A program made the translations under genes and the position numbers. The notes beneath the pieces are model-generated. The model searched no databases. It was not told where the DNA came from and saw nothing but the letters and a program-made list of their open reading frames with translations. A stretch of 24,364 bases of DNA from Tolypothrix carrinoi HA7290-LM1 (lineage in GTDB: Bacteria > Cyanobacteriota > Cyanobacteriia > Cyanobacteriales > Nostocaceae), in the NCBI GenBank assembly GCA_019358935.1, contig JAHHIK010000122.1, forward strand, positions 1-24,364, given 5' to 3'. Below are positions 1 through 9,205 of the stretch, piece by piece; positions within the stretch are counted from its first letter, which is position 1, and each line of letters opens with the position of its first letter.

Positions 1-97
1 AGCATATATGGAAATTATTTCGTTTAGCATCTAGCCCTCCTTATTTTCTCTTCTTGGAGGGCATTTTATTGCTTTACTGTCCCAAAGCGATCGCCTA

Positions 98-127
98 AAT
101 CAATAACTAGCAACTTAGGTTAGTAGC
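98..127. repeat. Left copy of a 30-bp imperfect inverted repeat (candidate recombination site)
   Basis: AATCAATAACTAGCAACTTAGGTTAGTAGC matches the reverse complement of 24237-24266 at 25/30 positions; it coincides with the point where the kinase fragment stops. Confidence 0.7.
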
Positions 128-340
128 CATTTCTTGATTGACGGCTTGCAGGCTAACGGCGATCGCAACCTGAACATTAGGAAATTTAGCTGCCCCAATC
201 CGCCAAGTTTCTGTTGCCGTCGCGACGGTGACGAATGGAGGTGGAAGTGAACGAATAAAGCGCGATTGTTCTTGGTGTGGGTTTATACTCTCAGGTTTTG
301 GCGGTGGTTCACCTTTAGGGAACGGTGGCAGAGGTGGATA
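107..340 (-). pseudogene. Internal fragment of a sensor histidine kinase (extracytoplasmic part), truncated at both ends
   Basis: Reads ...TETWRIGAAKFPNVQVAIAVSLQAVNQEMAT, resembling the segment just before TM2 of OmpR-partner kinases. It lies directly downstream of the regulator, with no TM2, HisKA or ATPase domain following. Confidence 0.55.
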
Positions 341-918
341 CAAACATCTACAACATTGGTGTTGGGGTTAAAGTCGTAACCCCAAACGTGTTCTAAGATT
401 TGGGTACGGGTAAATACTCTTCCGGGAGAGCGCATGAGATACTCTAGAAGATTAAACTCGCGGCTGGTGAGTTCTATTGCCTGTTGATGGCAGGTGACTT
501 CTCGCGTGATGCGATCGAGTTTGAGCGAACCTACCGCAAGAAAATTTTGGCGTTCGCCCACACTCCGGCGCACAACTGCATGAATTCGCGCTGCTAGTTC
601 TTCCACAAAAAACGGTTTGGCGATATAATCATCGGCTCCTAAATTCAATCCTTGCAGGCGATCGTCTAGTTCGTTACGAGCCGTTAACAAAATCACCGGA
701 GCATTCCGACCTTGCTGCCGCAATTGTTTCAAAATCGATAATCCATCTTTTCCCGGCACCATGATGTCAAGCACGATCGCGTCGTACTCATTATCTAATG
801 CCCGCAGATAGCCTTCATCACCGTTGTCGCAGTAGTCCACGACAAATCCCTGCTCCTTCAGTCCAGCCCGAACGAAGTTAGCAATTTTTGCTTCATCTTC
901 GACAAACAGAATGTTCAC
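283..918 (-). pseudogene. OmpR-family (CusR/CzcR-like) response regulator with aberrant, truncated C-terminus
   Basis: REC motifs ILFVEDE, VLDIMVP, LLTA, YIAKPF; winged helix LTSREFNLLEYLMRSPGRVFTRTQILEHVWG..NVVDVCI, then diverges, lacking the usual LRxKI..TVRGVGY end. GTG start. Confidence 0.8.
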
Positions 919-975
919 AAGCCATTAATTACTTCACAAGCATTGCTTTATTCTAGATTCATTATCGTTTGGCTC

Positions 976-995
976 AAATTACAAAACTGTAATTT
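976..995. promoter_or_regulatory. Palindromic operator resembling a CusR-type box
   Basis: AAATTACA-AAAC-TGTAATTT perfect 8-bp arms in the divergent promoter region; a related half-site TGTCATTTT at about 1011-1019. Confidence 0.55.
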
Positions 996-1068
996 AGAAG
1001 TAGGGCGAAATGTCATTTTCGGGTGGCTTAATCAGAAGTGTAAACACTCTATCTTTTGGTGGTTGAGA

Positions 1069-1740
1069 ATGAACATTCGTCGAACATTAGCCGTGGCAGC
1101 GATTCCCGTTTTGGTTGGTACATTTGGTTTTATTTCACTAAATCAGGCAAATGCTGCTAATCGATTTTATCAAATCGCACAGGTACCACAACCACCTAAC
1201 CAACCACCAGACGGACAGCGACGACCACCCCGGATTGATTTTGCAGCTGCTGCGACGAAGTTGGGTGTCACAGAACAACAATTAAAGGATGCGCTGGGAG
1301 TGCCTGCTAATCCTCCAAGCGTTGGCGGAGCCTCTCCTCAGGAGAATCGCAATTCTCGCCCACCCCGTCCTGATTTTGCAGCGGCTGCAACGAAGTTGGG
1401 TGTCACAGAACAACAGTTAAAGGATGCCTTGGGAGTACCTGCTAATCCTCCAGGCGTTGGCGGAGCCTCTCCTCAGGAGAATCGCACTTCTCGTCCTCGT
1501 CGCCCTGATTTTAAGGCTGCTGCAACGAAGTTGGGTGTCACAGAACAACAGTTAAAGGATGCCTTGGGAGTACCTGCCAATCCTTCAGGCGTTGGCGGAG
1601 CCTCTCCTCAGGAGAATCGCAATTCTCGCCCTCGTCGCCCTGATTTTGCGGCTGCTGCGACGAAGTTGGGTGTAACAGAACAACAGTTAAAGGATGCGCT
1701 GGGTATTCCGCCTCGTCCTCAGGAAAATCGCCCTAAATGA
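1069..1740 (+). CDS. Secreted Pro-rich repeat protein (4x DFAAAATKLGVTEQQLKDALG)
   Basis: ATG at 1069 gives a signal peptide (MNIRRTLAVAAIPVLVGTFGFISLNQANA); 45-aa/135-bp tandem units follow. Confidence 0.8.
   Translation: MNIRRTLAVAAIPVLVGTFGFISLNQANAANRFYQIAQVPQPPNQPPDGQRRPPRIDFAAAATKLGVTEQQLKDALGVPANPPSVGGASPQENRNSRPPRPDFAAAATKLGVTEQQLKDALGVPANPPGVGGASPQENRTSRPRRPDFKAAATKLGVTEQQLKDALGVPANPSGVGGASPQENRNSRPRRPDFAAAATKLGVTEQQLKDALGIPPRPQENRPK
1237..1705 (+). repeat. 135-bp intragenic tandem repeat (about 3.5 units)
   Basis: The linker GCGTTGGCGGAGCC starts at 1319, 1454 and 1589 (period 135); the helical module occurs four times. Confidence 0.9.
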
Positions 1741-1758
1741 GGGCATCGTAGAAATATT

Positions 1759-2514
1759 ATGAAAAACAACAATCGCCAACTAAGTCAGATTCTCAGTCGC
1801 AGAGAGGCACTTGCTCTATTTAGGGCTGGGGTAACAGCAATGCTTGTGGTTGGATGCATACCTAGAAAGTCCAGCACCGCACAGGCATCATCTACAGCAA
1901 ATAATGCAACCAAGCCTGCGTGTGTCGTGAGTCCAGAGCAGACCGAAGGACCTTATTTTGTAGACGAGAAGCTCAACCGCTCCGATATCCGATCCGATCC
2001 CTCGGATGGTTCAATGAAAGATGGTGTGCCACTTCAACTGACGCTGCGCGTGTCTCAGGTTAGCAGTACTAGCTGCACACCGCTTAAAGGTGCGATCGTA
2101 GATATTTGGCATTGTGACGCGCTCGGTGTCTATTCGGACGTGAACGATCGCAGTTTCAGTACCGTCGGAAAAAAATTCCTGCGCGGGTATCAAGTGACAG
2201 ACGCTCAGGGAACTGTTGAGTTTACAACCATTTATCCTGGTTGGTATCCAGGCAGAACAGTCCATATCCACTTTAAGGTTCGCACGGATGCGACATCACA
2301 GAAGAGTTATGAGTTTACGTCACAGTTGTACTTTGATGACTCGATTACGGATCGGGTACACGCACAGACACCATATGCTAGTAAGGGACAGCGCACGTTG
2401 AAGAATGCACAAGACGGAATCTTCCAAGACGGTGGAAACCAATTGTTGCTCACACCTACCAAAACAAGTCGGCTGTTAGCAGCAACGTTCGATATTGGGC
2501 TTCAGACAGCTTGA
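1759..2514 (+). CDS. Intradiol ring-cleavage dioxygenase family protein, Tat/lipoprotein signal
   Basis: SRREAL twin-Arg motif and LVVGC lipobox-like; TEGPYF, VDIWHCDALGVYS, LRGYQVTD, YPGWYPGRTVHIHFKV, TSQLYF. Confidence 0.9.
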   Translation: MKNNNRQLSQILSRREALALFRAGVTAMLVVGCIPRKSSTAQASSTANNATKPACVVSPEQTEGPYFVDEKLNRSDIRSDPSDGSMKDGVPLQLTLRVSQVSSTSCTPLKGAIVDIWHCDALGVYSDVNDRSFSTVGKKFLRGYQVTDAQGTVEFTTIYPGWYPGRTVHIHFKVRTDATSQKSYEFTSQLYFDDSITDRVHAQTPYASKGQRTLKNAQDGIFQDGGNQLLLTPTKTSRLLAATFDIGLQTA

Positions 2515-2545
2515 GGACTAATAAAAATATCGCAACCGTCACTCA

Positions 2546-2572
2546 TAGACGTTCCGGTGGAACGTCTCTACA
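2546..2572. repeat. REP-like GTAG-family palindrome
   Basis: AGACGTTCC-GGT-GGAACGTCT-CTACA just after the dioxygenase gene; a related degenerate copy lies at 19648-19682. Confidence 0.6.
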
Positions 2573-2958
2573 ATAATATGTGTAATTTGCCGGATATGAT
2601 ATTTCTCATCGACTGTTTCTGTTGATGGAGACAGTCGCCAAAATGTTTACATAATCTATCAAGCAAAATTCGTGACTTTAGTCATGGATGAGTTTAGAAC
2701 TTTCGATACATATGATTGTTTGAGTTAGTTTCATATGATAGATATCAAAAGTCTTCACTTGTTAGCAAAAGCAACAACTACAAAAAAGGTGTGAGTGTAT
2801 GCGGTAGCTTCAAGTGAGTTATGCTTTCTTTGTATGAGGCTCGATGAAAACACTACTGATTAAAGAAATCGTTAATACAAAATTATCATACTATAGTTAA
2901 CTTAAGTTTTTACAGCAATGCCTCTCGGTAGCCGTTATTTCTACACCAAAAAGTAAAA

Positions 2959-4683
2959 ATGAAATTAGACACATCGCAGCCTGTAGATTCCACGCATTTT
3001 TTGCCCGAAGAAAAGAAAAAGAAAAAGGGCAGAATTAGAATTAACTGGATACCTTGGCTAGTTACATTTTCTCTTTTGGGTGGAGTCGGCTACGTAGGTT
3101 ATCGTCAGGTGGTCGTTGTTCAGAAACAAGAAGCACAGCGAAAAGTTTTGACACAACCTGTATCTCGTCAAAATTTAACTATTAAGATTTCGGCGAACGG
3201 AACTGTTAAGCCGGAAAGGTCGATTAACGTTAGTCCTAAACAATCAGGCATACTCAAAAGACTGCTGGTGAAGGAAGGGGATACGGTTAAACAGGGTCAG
3301 ATACTTGCTTACATGGATGATTCAAATTTGCAAGGACAACTCACCCAAGCTAGAGGACAAATAGCACAACAAGAGGCAAATTTACAAAAAGCGATCGCAG
3401 GTAATCGTCCTCAAGATATTGCTTCAGCGCAAGCAGCATTAGACGAGTCTCAGGCAAATCTACAAAAAGCGATCGCCGGTAATCGTCCTCAAGATATTGC
3501 TTCAGCGCAAGCAGCATTAGACGAGTCTCAGGCAAATTTGCAAAAAGCACAAACAGGTAATCGACCTCAAGATATTGGTCAAGCACAAGCACGTTTACAA
3601 AGCGCTCAAGCTAGCTTAAGTAAAGCGGAAGATGATTTACGCCGCAATCAGCAACTTTACAAGTCTGGAGCCATTTCTCTTCAAATTGTCAACCAAAGCC
3701 GTGCAGATCGTGATAGCGCTCAAGGTCAAGTAAATGAAGCTATTCAAGCATTAGGGTTGCAAAAAGCCGGTTCGCGCTCAGAAGATATCGAACAAGCACG
3801 AGCTGTAGTTAGGCAAAGACAGCAGGCTTTAGCACTTTTGAAAGCCGGTTCGCGTCCAGAAGATATCGAACAAGCACGAGCTGTAGTCAGGCAAAAACAG
3901 CAGGCTTTAGCACTTTTGAAAGCCGGTTCGCGTCCAGAAGATATTGAACAAGCACGCGCTCAGTTAGCTTCCGCTCGCGGTTCGCTGCAAACGATTCAAA
4001 CTCAAATCAATGACACTATCCTTCGGGCACCATTTGATGGTGTTATAACTCAAAAGTATGCCGATCCAGGTGCTTTTGTTACGCCAACCACTTCAGGTAG
4101 TGCTGTATCTAGTGCAACTTCTTCTTCTATCGTATCTTTGGCTTCTACAAATCAGGTTGTAGCAAATATAGCTGAAGTAAATATTGCTAAAATCCGTCTT
4201 GGTCAGAAAGTCACAATTACGGCAGATGCCTATCCAGGAAAAACCTTTGAGGGTAAAGTCAGTCAAATTGCCGCTCAAGCAATTGTAGAGCAAAATGTTA
4301 CCAGCTTTCAAGTTAAAATAGCAATTGTCTCGGATACCGAAAAGCTTTTGCGATCGGGGATGAATGTAACAACAGATTTTGAAGTAGGTCAATTATCCAA
4401 TGTTCTTGTAGTGCCAACAGCAGCGGTTGTGCGCCGAGAAAAATCTACAGGTGTGTTTGTAGCAGGAGAAGATAATAAACCTGTGTTTACTCGCATTAAA
4501 ACTGGCGTTACAGTAGATAAATATACTGAAGTGAAATCTGGATTGAAAGGAAACGAAAGGGTATTACTCAGCTTTCCACCAGGGTCACGACCGCAATCAA
4601 CACCGCGAGGAGGAGTATTTCCTGGTGTGGGCGGCGGCGGTGGCGGTGGTCGTGGCGGCGGTGGTCGTGGTGGTCCGCCTTAA
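2959..4683 (+). CDS. Membrane fusion protein (HlyD/MacA-like periplasmic adaptor) with extended alpha-hairpin
   Basis: N-terminal TM; ANGTVKP..VSPKQSG..LLVKEGDTVKQGQIL; long coiled coil; ILRAPFDGVI; LRSGMN; Gly/Arg-rich tail. Confidence 0.92.
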   Translation: MKLDTSQPVDSTHFLPEEKKKKKGRIRINWIPWLVTFSLLGGVGYVGYRQVVVVQKQEAQRKVLTQPVSRQNLTIKISANGTVKPERSINVSPKQSGILKRLLVKEGDTVKQGQILAYMDDSNLQGQLTQARGQIAQQEANLQKAIAGNRPQDIASAQAALDESQANLQKAIAGNRPQDIASAQAALDESQANLQKAQTGNRPQDIGQAQARLQSAQASLSKAEDDLRRNQQLYKSGAISLQIVNQSRADRDSAQGQVNEAIQALGLQKAGSRSEDIEQARAVVRQRQQALALLKAGSRPEDIEQARAVVRQKQQALALLKAGSRPEDIEQARAQLASARGSLQTIQTQINDTILRAPFDGVITQKYADPGAFVTPTTSGSAVSSATSSSIVSLASTNQVVANIAEVNIAKIRLGQKVTITADAYPGKTFEGKVSQIAAQAIVEQNVTSFQVKIAIVSDTEKLLRSGMNVTTDFEVGQLSNVLVVPTAAVVRREKSTGVFVAGEDNKPVFTRIKTGVTVDKYTEVKSGLKGNERVLLSFPPGSRPQSTPRGGVFPGVGGGGGGGRGGGGRGGPP

Positions 4684-4707
4684 AAAGTTAGTTATAAATA
4701 TCACAAT

Positions 4708-5979
4708 ATGGTTAAGGTTTTTACTAAAGGTAAAAGAACCCGTACTGTCTCGCTGCCAGAAATCTTGTCAATGGCGGTGGAGACACTTTGGAGTAACAAA
4801 TTACGCACAGGTTTAACGATGCTGGGCGTGATTATTGGGATTTCTTCAGTAATTGCCATTACTTCTGTTGGTCAGGGTGTGCAAAAAGGAACCGAGCAAC
4901 AGATACAGGCTTTGGGTCCGGATGTGCTTTCGGTTTTTTCTGGTGCAGCTAGAAGCGGAAATATCCGTCAAGGAATTGGTTCTAGCAGTACATTAACTTG
5001 GGATGATGCGAAAGCGATCGCCCAACAAGCACCATCTGCCCAATTTGTCTCTGCCTACCTTGTACGAAATGCACAAATTGTTTATGCAGGTCAGAACAGC
5101 TCAACACCAATTTATGGTACAGATTTAAATTACCCAGAAGTTAGAGATATCCAAATCGAAAATGGGAGATTTTTTAACCAAGAAGAATTGGATACTGCTA
5201 AAGAAGTTGCTGTTATTGGACCGACAGTTGAAAGTACTTTATTTACCGACGGTGATAGTCCCATAGGTAAGAGAATCCGCATTCAAGGAGAGGCTTATGA
5301 AGTGATTGGCGTCACGCAATCTAAGGGTTCCCAAGGAGGGATGGATCGAGATGACTTAGTTTTTATGCCTCTTAGTAGTATGTCAGCAAGACTTGTAGGT
5401 AACAATGCTTTATCTGGCGTTTCTGTGAATGGGATTTTAATTAAAGCTGGAAATCAAGAACAGTTAGACGCTGTTCAGTTTCAAGTTACAAATATTTTAC
5501 GTTTGCGTCACAATATCTATCCACCGCAAGCTGATGATTTTCGCATTACCAATCAAGCTGATATTATTAGCACCTTTACAAATGTTGTTGGTTTATTTAC
5601 AGTGATGGTGGTAGCGATCGCCGGCATTTCTTTAGTCGTTGGCGGAATTGGAATTGCTAATATTATGCTGGTTTCCGTCGTCGAAAGAACGCGGGAAATC
5701 GGAGTTCGCAAAGCAGTAGGGGCGACAAATTCAGCTATTCTCAATCAATTTTTAGCGGAAGCGATTGTAATTTCTACTGTTGGCGGAGGTATTGGTATCG
5801 GAAGTGGAATTTTGATTGCTTTGGTGGCGGCAACTATTTTCAAGTTTCCTTTTGTAGTTTCTTTCTGGTCAGTAATCGTCGGGTTTGGACTTTCGTTAAC
5901 TGTTGGTTTACTCGCGGGGGTAATTCCCGCAAGGAATGCTTCTAAATTAGATCCAATTACCGCTTTACGAAGTGATTAA
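4708..5979 (+). CDS. MacB/FtsX-family ABC transporter permease
   Basis: NKLRTGLTMLGVIIGI; GGIGIANIMLVSVVERTREIGVRKAVGA; PARNASKLDPITALRSD. Confidence 0.95.
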   Translation: MVKVFTKGKRTRTVSLPEILSMAVETLWSNKLRTGLTMLGVIIGISSVIAITSVGQGVQKGTEQQIQALGPDVLSVFSGAARSGNIRQGIGSSSTLTWDDAKAIAQQAPSAQFVSAYLVRNAQIVYAGQNSSTPIYGTDLNYPEVRDIQIENGRFFNQEELDTAKEVAVIGPTVESTLFTDGDSPIGKRIRIQGEAYEVIGVTQSKGSQGGMDRDDLVFMPLSSMSARLVGNNALSGVSVNGILIKAGNQEQLDAVQFQVTNILRLRHNIYPPQADDFRITNQADIISTFTNVVGLFTVMVVAIAGISLVVGGIGIANIMLVSVVERTREIGVRKAVGATNSAILNQFLAEAIVISTVGGGIGIGSGILIALVAATIFKFPFVVSFWSVIVGFGLSLTVGLLAGVIPARNASKLDPITALRSD

Positions 5980-6005
5980 TATTAATTATTTCGGATAATC
6001 CCTCA

Positions 6006-6040
6006 GTAGGGTGCCGTACTTTCGGCGTAACGCACCCTAC
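6006..6040. repeat. GTAG-family REP-like hairpin
   Basis: GTAGGGTGC...GCACCCTAC perfect 9-bp arms between the permease and ATPase genes. Confidence 0.65.
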
Positions 6041-6044
6041 AAAA

Positions 6045-6108
6045 GCTAACAACTATCAACTATCAACCATCAACCATCAACTAACAACTATCAACTATCA
6101 ACCAACAA
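6045..6108 (+). repeat. 7-bp short tandem repeat (STRR), AACTATC/AACCATC
   Basis: About 8 heptamer units directly before the ATPase start codon. Confidence 0.85.
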
Positions 6109-6109
6109 T

Positions 6110-6781
6110 ATGCCAACGATGATTTGGATGGAATCGATTACGAAAACTTACCACTTAGGAGAAGTTAGTGTTCCCATATTGAAGGGAATTCAACTCTCTA
6201 TTGAAGAAGGGGAATATGTCTCGATTATGGGTGCGTCAGGTTCGGGTAAATCTACGCTGATGAATATTGTCGGTTGTTTGGATCGTCCGACAACTGGAAA
6301 CTATATTTTTGAAGGGAGAAATCTGACTACTTTTGATGATGATGAATTAGCGTATATACGCAATCAAAGAATCGGTTTTGTTTTCCAACAATTTAACCTT
6401 TTGTCGCGTGCAACTGCTTTAGATAATGTTATGTTACCAATGGTTTATGCGAACCTGCCAAAGCCACAACGCCGTAAAAGGGCATTAGAAGCTTTGAGAA
6501 GGGTGGGATTAGGCGATCGCATTTCCAACCGTCCCAGCCAACTTTCTGGGGGACAACAACAACGAGTAGCGATCGCGCGTGCTTTAGTTAATAGACCTGC
6601 ATTAGTTTTAGCAGATGAACCAACAGGAGCTTTAGATACTGAAACTTCTTATGAGGTGATGAATTTGTTAACAGAACTTAATGAACAAGGTATCACAATT
6701 GTGATAGTAACTCATGAACCAGATATCGCTGCTCAAACAAAAAGAATTATCCGAGTTCAGGATGGTTTAATTGTAAGTTAG
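6110..6781 (+). CDS. ABC transporter ATP-binding protein (MacB/LolD-like)
   Basis: Walker [49 protein letters not shown]. Confidence 0.95.
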   Translation: MPTMIWMESITKTYHLGEVSVPILKGIQLSIEEGEYVSIMGASGSGKSTLMNIVGCLDRPTTGNYIFEGRNLTTFDDDELAYIRNQRIGFVFQQFNLLSRATALDNVMLPMVYANLPKPQRRKRALEALRRVGLGDRISNRPSQLSGGQQQRVAIARALVNRPALVLADEPTGALDTETSYEVMNLLTELNEQGITIVIVTHEPDIAAQTKRIIRVQDGLIVS

Positions 6782-6825
6782 TTTTGTAACCTAAAATAAA
6801 CGTTCATGTAGCAAGCGCTTACTAC

Positions 6826-7566
6826 TTAAGAACCTTTACTGACAAATACAAATCCCCGTGTCTTACCTGACTCAGAATCAGTTGTTGACATTGCCTTCCA
6901 CAAATCTGCTGCTCTCACCCATACGGGGGGATATTTGTAACGCGAAACATCCAAGATTAAAAATCTATCTGTCTGCTCATTGTACGCCGCTAAGGGTGAG
7001 ATATGTCCGCCTTTTTCTTGCCCAATTTCTTTGCGTAAATAGTTAATTAAAATGAAATTTCCCGGCTGTTTTAAATTCTCTGCTGCTAAAGAGCGAAACT
7101 TTTCTAAACTAGTGTCAGCAGCATGATAAACATTAACTTTTACACCATAACTTGCGAATAATCCACCAATTTGGTCTAAAGTCATCCCTTTACGAGAGAC
7201 AACCTCAGCCGGAATCACTTGTTTAGTTTTTTCATTGCTAAAAAAGTTTTCTTGAGTAAACACTCGATAGGGCTTATATTGTGGTGCTTCTGGTGCGGGG
7301 ATTCCTAAACTATTTAGCACCATAACAATACTAGCTACCCCACAATATGCTTGATTGTTTTGAGTAATAAACTGCGTGCTGAGGGGAAAAAAATCTTCTC
7401 TAGATTTACTATCAATTAATAACTTTTCTCCTTCATCTGAGTTGAAGGCAATTAAATTAGGTGAAAGAGTTAGAGTTTGAGAAAGAACACTTCCACTCGC
7501 GACAGAAAACGAAACAATCCCAGCTTGAACTGATGTTTTGATAAATTTGCGAAAATTGGTATTCAT
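6826..7566 (-). CDS. Phytochelatin synthase family protein (papain-like prokaryotic short form), probably exported
   Basis: TQNNQAYCGVAS (catalytic Cys), GGHISPL (His), LILDVSRYKYPPVWV (Asp), TRGF; N-terminal signal-like segment. Confidence 0.92.
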   Translation of the reverse strand: MNTNFRKFIKTSVQAGIVSFSVASGSVLSQTLTLSPNLIAFNSDEGEKLLIDSKSREDFFPLSTQFITQNNQAYCGVASIVMVLNSLGIPAPEAPQYKPYRVFTQENFFSNEKTKQVIPAEVVSRKGMTLDQIGGLFASYGVKVNVYHAADTSLEKFRSLAAENLKQPGNFILINYLRKEIGQEKGGHISPLAAYNEQTDRFLILDVSRYKYPPVWVRAADLWKAMSTTDSESGKTRGFVFVSKGS

Positions 7567-7638
7567 AAATTATCTCAGTGAGAAAATTAATGTAGTAAGC
7601 AGGAAGAGTGCTTTCTTATGAGCACACACGAGTGCTCA

Positions 7639-8571
7639 CTACGAATTGCTAATATTGTCTTTAGGCGAAACTAGACCCTTAGATTTGCGAAACTCGCGCA
7701 CAACGTCTTTGATATCTTGTAATTCACCCTCAACCAGATAATTTAATTGTCTCATTTCATCAGCAGTAATTTTACCAGAAAGTTGAGCGATCGCTTTTTT
7801 AACTTCCGGATATTTTCTCAAAGTTGCTTGACGCACAATTGGTGCAGCTTCATAAGGAGGAAAATATTGCTTATCATCTTTTAGCACCACCAAACCCAAG
7901 CGGGCAATCTGTCCATCGGTGGAATTACCATTTATCATGTCTACTTGTTTTTGCAGCAAAGCCCGATATATTAATCCCAATTCCATCAAGCGGGGAGGTT
8001 TAGCAAAGCGGAAATCATAAGTTTTCGCCAAACCGGGAAAACCATCTTCTCTTTCTACAAATTCATAGCCGAAACCACCACGCCATTGCGGTGTATACTC
8101 AGCAGCTTGGGAAAGAGTTTGAATATTGTAGCGCTTTGCATCTTCACCGCGAATAATCATCGCAAAAGTGTTTTCAAAACCCAAAGGTTTCATTACTTCT
8201 AAATTGAACTGCTGCGCGTAAGCTTGTTTTAACTTATCATAAACTACTTTTGGATCGTTAATAACTTTTTGCTTCAGGATGCTAGTAAAAGCCGTGCCTG
8301 TATACTCAACATACGCATCAATTTTACCAGCAATCAGAGCATTATGTGTCACCAAAGCACTAGTAAAGCGGCGACGTTCGACTTTGAAATTAGTTGTGGT
8401 TTCAATTTGCTGTGCTAAAAGTTCGCTTAAAATATCTTGTTCCGTGAAGCCTTTAGAAGCAACAACAATATCAACGCTACTTTTATTATTGGAATTAAGC
8501 TGACAACTTGCCAGGGAAATTATTAAAGCAAAAGTTAAAAAGCATAATCTAAAAAATCTTTTAACATTCAT
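7639..8571 (-). CDS. Osmoprotectant (glycine betaine/QAC-type) ABC transporter substrate-binding lipoprotein
   Basis: Lipobox LASC; SKGFTEQDIL, YVEYTGT, LGFENTFAM, EREDGFPGL, DDKQYFPPY. Confidence 0.92.
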   Translation of the reverse strand: MNVKRFFRLCFLTFALIISLASCQLNSNNKSSVDIVVASKGFTEQDILSELLAQQIETTTNFKVERRRFTSALVTHNALIAGKIDAYVEYTGTAFTSILKQKVINDPKVVYDKLKQAYAQQFNLEVMKPLGFENTFAMIIRGEDAKRYNIQTLSQAAEYTPQWRGGFGYEFVEREDGFPGLAKTYDFRFAKPPRLMELGLIYRALLQKQVDMINGNSTDGQIARLGLVVLKDDKQYFPPYEAAPIVRQATLRKYPEVKKAIAQLSGKITADEMRQLNYLVEGELQDIKDVVREFRKSKGLVSPKDNISNS

Positions 8572-8572
8572 G

Positions 8573-9205
8573 TTAGTTTTTAACTTTTAATTTACCTTCT
8601 AGCCAACCAATAGCAAAATCTGCAATTAAAGCAATTATCGCTGCTGGAATTGCCCCAGCTAAAATTAAATCATTATTTACAACTGAAATTCCGCGAAAAA
8701 TTAATTCACCCAAACCACCAGCACCAATTGCAGCTGCGATGGTTGCAATCCCAATCGCAATCACCGTCGCTACGCGCACACCCGCAAGAATCACTTGCAT
8801 TGCCAAGGGAATCTCAACTTGCAGCAACAATTGTGTATCTGTCATTCCCATACCTCGCCCAGCTTCGCGAATGGCTGGATCGACATTAGTAATACCAGTA
8901 TAAGTGTTGCGGATGATGGGGAGGAATGAATATAAAGTAAGTGCAACAATTGCGGGAGTAGCACCAATTCCGCCAATGAATGGCACAGGAATGAGTAAGC
9001 CAAATAGCGCCAAACTGGGAATTGTTTGCAGAATATTCGCAATAATGAGAATTGGTTGGCGCAAGCTAGTTATGCGGGTAATCAAAATGCCTAAGGGAAT
9101 GCCTATAAGTATGGCAATTACAATTGCAATGCTTACTAAAAATAAATGTTCCAACGTATGTTGGAGGATTTCTGGAGCGTATTTAATCAAAAAGAAATTG
9201 TTCAT
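8573..9205 (-). CDS. Osmoprotectant ABC transporter permease
   Basis: QTIPSLALFG, PIIRNTYTG, EAGRGMGM (EAA loop), IGAGGLG. Confidence 0.93.
   Translation of the reverse strand: MNNFFLIKYAPEILQHTLEHLFLVSIAIVIAILIGIPLGILITRITSLRQPILIIANILQTIPSLALFGLLIPVPFIGGIGATPAIVALTLYSFLPIIRNTYTGITNVDPAIREAGRGMGMTDTQLLLQVEIPLAMQVILAGVRVATVIAIGIATIAAAIGAGGLGELIFRGISVVNNDLILAGAIPAAIIALIADFAIGWLEGKLKVKN

Noticed and set aside
943..1068. TTG-initiated N-terminal extension of the repeat protein
   Set aside because: It overlaps the operator region; ATG 1069 gives a clean signal peptide.
1237..1705. CRISPR-like periodicity
   Set aside because: The 135-bp units are near-identical throughout and in frame; there are no unique spacers and no cas genes.
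5198..5218. AAGTTGCTGTTATTG, a partial match to the terminal repeat
   Set aside because: It lacks the TAACC arm and lies in an intact permease gene; likely chance.
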